Positions 59,573 through 64,000 of a stretch of DNA of 64,000 nucleotides are shown here, piece after piece. The translations under genes were made by a program, and so were the position numbers. Source of the stretch: an uncultured Ruficoccus sp. (GTDB lineage Bacteria > Verrucomicrobiota > Verrucomicrobiia > Opitutales > Cerasicoccaceae); NCBI GenBank assembly GCA_965140785.1, contig OZ223489.1:32001-96000 (forward strand), in the 5' to 3' direction. Numbering within the stretch: position 1 is the stretch's first letter; the number at the start of each line of letters is the position of its first letter. Below the pieces are notes generated by a model, which was given only the letters and a program-made list of their open reading frames with translations, ran no database searches and had not been told where the DNA came from.

Positions 59573-59967
59573 TCACGCACCCACCGTCAGCCGGATGTGG
59601 TTGAGGGCGTTGCTCGTGGAGACGGCTTTGCCGTCCAGCTTGATCCGATTGCCGATGAGATGGATGTGCTCGTAATCCGTGTCGTAGTGATTAACCGCTA
59701 CAAACTGCTCAAAGCCATAGTCGTCGGCTATCTGCTGAGCGAAGGTAGCCCTTTGAGCGATTCGCCCGTTTTTAAAGAGAATGCCAGATGGGCGACGGGC
59801 TTCTTGCAGCGGGAGTTCAGACCGGCAAGCTGGCCAAACTCGACAATGATGCCCTCGGGGTCCGTAGCGGAAAGGTTGCCGCCGACAATCTCCGGGCCTT
59901 TGGTCGGTTTCATGGCATAGCCCACGACTCGACCGAAGGATTCCCGATAGTTGATCCGGGCAATCAT
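59573..59967 (-). pseudogene. MOBP-type relaxase, frameshifted and truncated
   Basis: MIARI...VGY, PVAHLAFSL in one frame; HYDTDYEHIHLIGNRI (HUH) in another. Confidence 0.8.
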
Positions 59968-60215
59968 AGCCGCCCTCCTTTCTCTTGCCCAAGCAGGCTG
60001 GCCCGGATTAATGCCAGTTGTTGCCGTAGCTCGGCTAGCGTTTCCAGCACGCGCCCTGAGTTCGGACTAGCCTCGCTGATATGACAGAGGTGAGTAAGCT
60101 GGTTGAGGTTAGCCGCCACCTTGGACAACGCCCGCCACTGGTCCCCATTGATTGTTGGGATGGCCGGGCTCACCTGCACGTGGGACGCCAAGGCGGCGTC
60201 ACGAAGGAAGGTGCT
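59964..60215 (-). pseudogene. MobC relaxosome protein, 5' truncated
   Basis: STFLRDAAL and LSKVAANLNQL motifs; stop overlaps relaxase ATG. Confidence 0.75.
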
Positions 60216-60252
60216 GTGAAGAGAACCGGATATACGAGTAGGCGTTTTTCAT
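60214..60252 (-). pseudogene. N-terminal stub of a serine recombinase
   Basis: MKNAYSYIRFSSQ matches the Y-x-R-x-S catalytic motif. Confidence 0.55.
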
Positions 60253-60460
60253 GTTTTCAGTCATCATGCTTGTAGGCATATTATAAGAATACGCTCGCAA
60301 AAGCTCGCTGCCCCGGATGCCGTTGGAGTTGAAACGCGAAAACCCATGAGCCGCGAATGGCACTGATGCAAAGCTAAGAAAAGCATCTGTGTCTGTCAGC
60401 GTAATCCTCGGTTAATTTCCCGGCCATCCACACAAAGGTGAAGAGACCTTTGCTTATCCA

Positions 60461-60502
60461 AAAAACACAAAGGCCCCCCGCAGCCGAAGCTACGGAGGGC
60501 CC
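60461..60502 (-). terminator. Intrinsic terminator with C(UUCG)G loop
   Basis: Minus strand GGGCCCUCCGUAGC-UUCG-GCUGCGGGGGGCCU-UUGUGUUUUU. Confidence 0.8.
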
Positions 60503-61510
60503 TTGAAAAGTGGGAGTGGGCGTTCGCCACGCGCTCTTCCCCGATTGACGACATTAGGCGCTCTTGGCCCCGGAGGGGGGGCAGGCTGTCGTCTCCCCGA
60601 CGCTATTCCCGTTGGCATCGTACGGGTCGGCGGGCTCATAGCAGGCCCGTCAGAGAGGTTGCCCTCTCTGAGATTCTCGGGTGAGGCCTTTCAGCGCGGT
60701 TCGGCATCGTCCCCGTCGGGACAAATCGCTCGCCGCACCAGGCCGAGGTGACGCTGTCACGCCGCCTTGGCCTTGTCTCCGGGAGGTCGGCCTCCGAGCG
60801 CGAAGGCTCGGAGCGTTGGCCCCTCGGTTACGGGTCTTGCCTCTTAGGTCCTGCCTTGCGGCCCGGCGGGTCCACAGCCTTGTACGGGGCCGCTTGCCGC
60901 CGCCGGTCCAACTCCTTTTCAGGGGAATTGGCCGGGGACATCCCTCAGGAAGCATTTCGCGCCAGACAGCGCCGTCGAAGCGGTTTTACGCTCCGCCGAC
61001 GTTTTCCTGTGTGTCGGAACAATCGCGTGCGCCTTGCCCGGCGCCCGCTGTCCCGCGCCCCGTCAGCCGACCTTTTCGCGTTCCCGGAGAGGAACCTTTT
61101 GGCGACGTGCCGTCGCCGGTCGTTGGCACTGTGGGGGACTGGCTCACGGCAGCTTCTCTTCGACCCTCTTGGCAGGCGCAGGGGTCGCCGTGTATCAGCC
61201 AAAGACCCGGATACGGTCCGAGGCTTGACTCGAGTCGCGCGCCTTATCCGTTCGGCCGCTCCTCGCCTCCTTCCTTTCTTCGTGGTGGTAACCCGCAAGG
61301 TCACGACACCCGCGGGCGGAAGGGGTGACATATGCCTGAACAACCCATCGCAAGGATGTGCTGCCAGGGGCCGGAACCGCCAGTTCAGTTTCCGACCTTT
61401 GCCCGGTTACCCGGGATTATCCTAGGGATGATGGAGGTCTCCTTCTATCGTCAGGGACAAGCCCGGACGCGAATCGGAGAACCTTTTTCCCGTTCTGTCA
61501 AAGAACGAGG
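60465..61510 (-). ncRNA. Candidate ~1-kb highly structured ncRNA (possibly MISL-like)
   Basis: Dense hairpins with GNRA/UUCG loops and G-U pairs favouring minus strand; no credible CDS; flanking promoter and terminator. Confidence 0.7.
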
Positions 61511-61512
61511 AT

Positions 61513-61542
61513 AAGGTAAATGCAACAAACGCCTCCGGTCAA
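61513..61542 (-). promoter_or_regulatory. Putative sigma-70 promoter for the large RNA
   Basis: Minus strand TTGACC-N18-TACCTT preceded by an AT-rich tract. Confidence 0.4.
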
Positions 61543-61789
61543 ACAAAAAAATTGCATAAATGCCTGAAAATCACATACTTGTGAATAACTTTAACTCCAA
61601 GAAAAACGCTCCTGTTAACAAGTCTGTAACCGATTGAAGGGGATTTTATTACGAATGTTACGACGGTGAACATCTTCAGAGGCTCTAAAATGGCCCCGGT
61701 GAATAAGTTCGTAAGTCGCGTTTGAGGTGTTTTTGGGGAGCGGTTTTTTGGACAAAGCGGAGCATTTTAACGAAATAGGCCCATGAGTT

Positions 61790-61861
61790 TAACCACGGAT
61801 TACACGGATGGACACGGATAGGCTGGAAATAATCTGTGCCCATCCGTGAAATCTGTGGTTA
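61790..61861. repeat. Inverted-arm short-period element after folC
   Basis: TAACCACGGATTACACGGATGGACACGGAT ... ATCTGTGCCCATCCGTGAAATCTGTGGTTA. Confidence 0.8.
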
Positions 61862-61889
61862 AAATAGGCGTCTAGGCGACGCAATGGCC

Positions 61890-63173
61890 TCAAATCGCGT
61901 CCTGCAGGCAGCTTCCGCCGGGCACGCCGTCGGCGTAGAGGCGGGCGCAGATTTCGCCCACCAAATAGATCGACCCGGCCACCACGAGAGCCTCGTCCGG
62001 GCCGCCCGCCGCGCACTGGCCGGGTGCGGGGAACAGCTCCTCCACCGTGCTGGCGCGGACCGTCCCCTCAAAATCCGCCGGGATAAACGTCCGCAACCGC
62101 TCCGGGGTGAGGGCGCGGGGCTGGTCCGGCTGGAGCAGGACGAGCCCGCCCGCGTGGCGGGCCATGACCGGGAGCAGCGCGGCGGCGCGCTCTTCGCCGA
62201 GAATGCCGGTCAGCAGAACCGGCTTGCGTCCGGTCCGGGCGACGAGCTGGGAAAGGTTGTTCTCCAAGGCGCGGGCGCCCTCGGGGTTGTGCGAGCTGTC
62301 GAGGATGAGCAAGCGACCGTCGCGCAGCTTGACCCGCTGCCAGCGCCCGGCCCAGTCCACCTCTGAGAGCGCGGCCTCGGACACGGCCTGAGTGACGGGG
62401 AAGCGCCCTTGCAGCACCCGCACCACGAGCGAGGCGACGGCGGCATTGCGGCGCTGGAAGTCGCCTTCGAGGTTCGTCTCGGGGAAGTTCGCCTCCTCCC
62501 CGAAAGTCTCGCGCACGCTGTGAACCACGCACCCGCGCTCAGTCGCCACCGCGCGGATGACCGCCTCGGCCTCCGGCGGCAGGCAGCCGATGACAACCGG
62601 GCGGCCCGGCTTGATGATGCCCGCCTTTTCCCCGGCGATAGCGGCCAGGGTTTTGCCCAGAATGTCGGTGTGGTCCAGCCCGATCGACGTGATGACGGAG
62701 ACCTCGGGATCGACGACATTGGTGGCGTCCAGCCGTCCGCCCAATCCGGTCTCGAAAATGGCCACCTCCACCTGCTCGGCGGCGAAATGCAGCATCGCCA
62801 TGCCCGCCATGAACTCGAAAAAGGTCGGGTGGTCCTGCGCATCGGCGGAGGCAAGTTTTTCGCCCACCGGGCGCATCTGCGCCACATAGGCCTCAATCTG
62901 CGCATCGGTAAGCGGCTGGCGATTGACCTGAACCCGCTCGCCCAGCCGGATCAGGTGCGGCGAGGTAAAGAGCCCGGGGCGGTAGCCGGCGCGGCGGTAA
63001 ATGCCCTCCAGCATGGCGCAGACCGAGCCCTTACCGTTGGTCCCGGCGACGTGGATAACCGGGTAACGCCGCTCAGGATGCCCGAGGGCTTCGGCAAAGA
63101 CCGCCATGCGCTCGAGGCCGTACTTGGAGCCGCGGTTGCGCAGGCCGTAAAGGTAGCGTTCCGTCTCGGTCAT
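61890..63173 (-). CDS. folC: Folylpolyglutamate/dihydrofolate synthase
   Basis: HVAGTNGKGS, FTSPHL, ETGLGGRLDATN, EKAGIIK. Confidence 0.95.
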   Translation of the reverse strand: MTETERYLYGLRNRGSKYGLERMAVFAEALGHPERRYPVIHVAGTNGKGSVCAMLEGIYRRAGYRPGLFTSPHLIRLGERVQVNRQPLTDAQIEAYVAQMRPVGEKLASADAQDHPTFFEFMAGMAMLHFAAEQVEVAIFETGLGGRLDATNVVDPEVSVITSIGLDHTDILGKTLAAIAGEKAGIIKPGRPVVIGCLPPEAEAVIRAVATERGCVVHSVRETFGEEANFPETNLEGDFQRRNAAVASLVVRVLQGRFPVTQAVSEAALSEVDWAGRWQRVKLRDGRLLILDSSHNPEGARALENNLSQLVARTGRKPVLLTGILGEERAAALLPVMARHAGGLVLLQPDQPRALTPERLRTFIPADFEGTVRASTVEELFPAPGQCAAGGPDEALVVAGSIYLVGEICARLYADGVPGGSCLQDAI

Positions 63174-63226
63174 GACAGTGGGCGACCGGCGGCAAGCCGG
63201 GCAGGACAGGTCGTTTATAAAACCCG

Positions 63227-64000
63227 TTACTCGGCCCCGTGGCCGCCGAAGGCGCGCAGCAAGGAGGCGATCCGGGACTTCATCTGGTGCCGGTGTACGA
63301 TCTGGTCAATCAGCCCGTGCTCGATGAGAAATTCCGAGGTCTGGAAGCCCGGAGGCAGATCCTGCTGGGTGGTTTCCTTGATCACACGCGGCCCAGCGAA
63401 GCCGATCAGTGCGCACGGCTCAGCCATTATCACATCCCCGAGCGAAGCGAAACTGGCCATGACGCCCGCCATGGTCGGATTCGTCAGAACGGCAATGTAG
63501 GGCAGTCCGGCGTCGGCGAGACGCTTGAGGGCGGCGCTGGTCTTGGCCATCTGCATCAGGCTGAGAATGCCCTCCTGCATGCGGGCGCCACCGGAGGCGC
63601 ACACGATGATGACCGGACACTTGTTTTTCAGCCCCCGCTCGATGGCGCGGGTGATTTTTTCCCCGACCACGGAGCCCATGCTCGCCCCGATGAAGCTGAA
63701 GTCCATCACCGCGATACTGACGGGCAGGCCCTCCAGCTCGCCCATGCCGCAGACGACGGCGTCCTTTTCGCCGGTCTTCTGCTGGGCCTGGGTCAGGCGC
63801 TGCGGATAGGGCTTGCTGTCCTTGAACTCCAGCGGGTCGCCCGACACGAGATCCGCGTCGTACTCCTCGAAGGTGTCCTCGTCGATCAGCAGCTCGATCC
63901 GGCGGCGGGCCTTGAGCGGAAAATGGTAGCCGCTCTTGGGCACAACCATCCAGTTCTGCTCCAGTTCCTTGTTAAAAATAATTTCCCCGCTCTCGGGACA
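63227..64000 (-). CDS. accD: Acetyl-CoA carboxylase carboxyltransferase beta (5' truncated)
   Basis: [35 protein letters not shown]. Confidence 0.96.
   Translation of the reverse strand, partial: CPESGEIIFNKELEQNWMVVPKSGYHFPLKARRRIELLIDEDTFEEYDADLVSGDPLEFKDSKPYPQRLTQAQQKTGEKDAVVCGMGELEGLPVSIAVMDFSFIGASMGSVVGEKITRAIERGLKNKCPVIIVCASGGARMQEGILSLMQMAKTSAALKRLADAGLPYIAVLTNPTMAGVMASFASLGDVIMAEPCALIGFAGPRVIKETTQQDLPPGFQTSEFLIEHGLIDQIVHRHQMKSRIASLLRAFGGHGAE

Larger units (their letters stand above)
55570..60440. mobile_element. Decayed integrative mobilizable element with efflux cargo (borders approximate)
   Basis: Recombinase stub, mobC and relaxase remnants next to a MarR-FUSC-DUF1656-HlyD operon. 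Confidence 0.55.

Noticed and set aside
60285..60315. oriT of the decayed element
   Set aside because: Only a short GCTCGC repeat, located upstream of the recombinase stub rather than the native mobC start; no recognisable nic site
60465..61510. rRNA fragment, tmRNA, RNase P RNA or group II intron
   Set aside because: I could not find their hallmark sequences (RNase P GAGGAAAGUCC, tRNA-like ends, domain V); by-eye check only
60503..61514. Protein-coding ORFs (60681-61328, 60748-61425, 60945-61343 and others)
   Set aside because: Mutually overlapping, Arg/Pro-rich, no motifs or host-like codon pattern; better explained as by-products of a GC-rich structured RNA

Overview
GC-rich bacterial chromosomal window, most likely Verrucomicrobiota/Opitutia (inferred from PEP-CTERM proteins, Verru_Chthon-style prepilin genes and gene content). 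It contains a type IV pilin inside a glycosyltransferase cluster; tyrA-aroA-(inserted ORF)-cmk-plsC; SulP, prmC, two ECF sigma modules, thiD, comEC, Zn-free L36/L31, SMUG1, pstSCAB, menA, a five-gene prepilin cassette, a short rho, pgi, rsmI, ppx, argG, PPi-PFK, a class Ic-type nrdB with NrdR boxes, FKBP, folC and partial accD. The right end holds a decayed integrative mobilizable element with efflux cargo. The top finding lies next to it: a ~1 kb stretch (about 60465-61510, minus strand) with no credible protein gene, dense in GNRA/UUCG-capped hairpins and with its own putative promoter and terminator. It is a candidate giant structured ncRNA, possibly related to MISL RNA. Intergenic spaces carry several families of structured repeats and a candidate UAGC-repeat sRNA. 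All calls were made by eye; no database searches were run.
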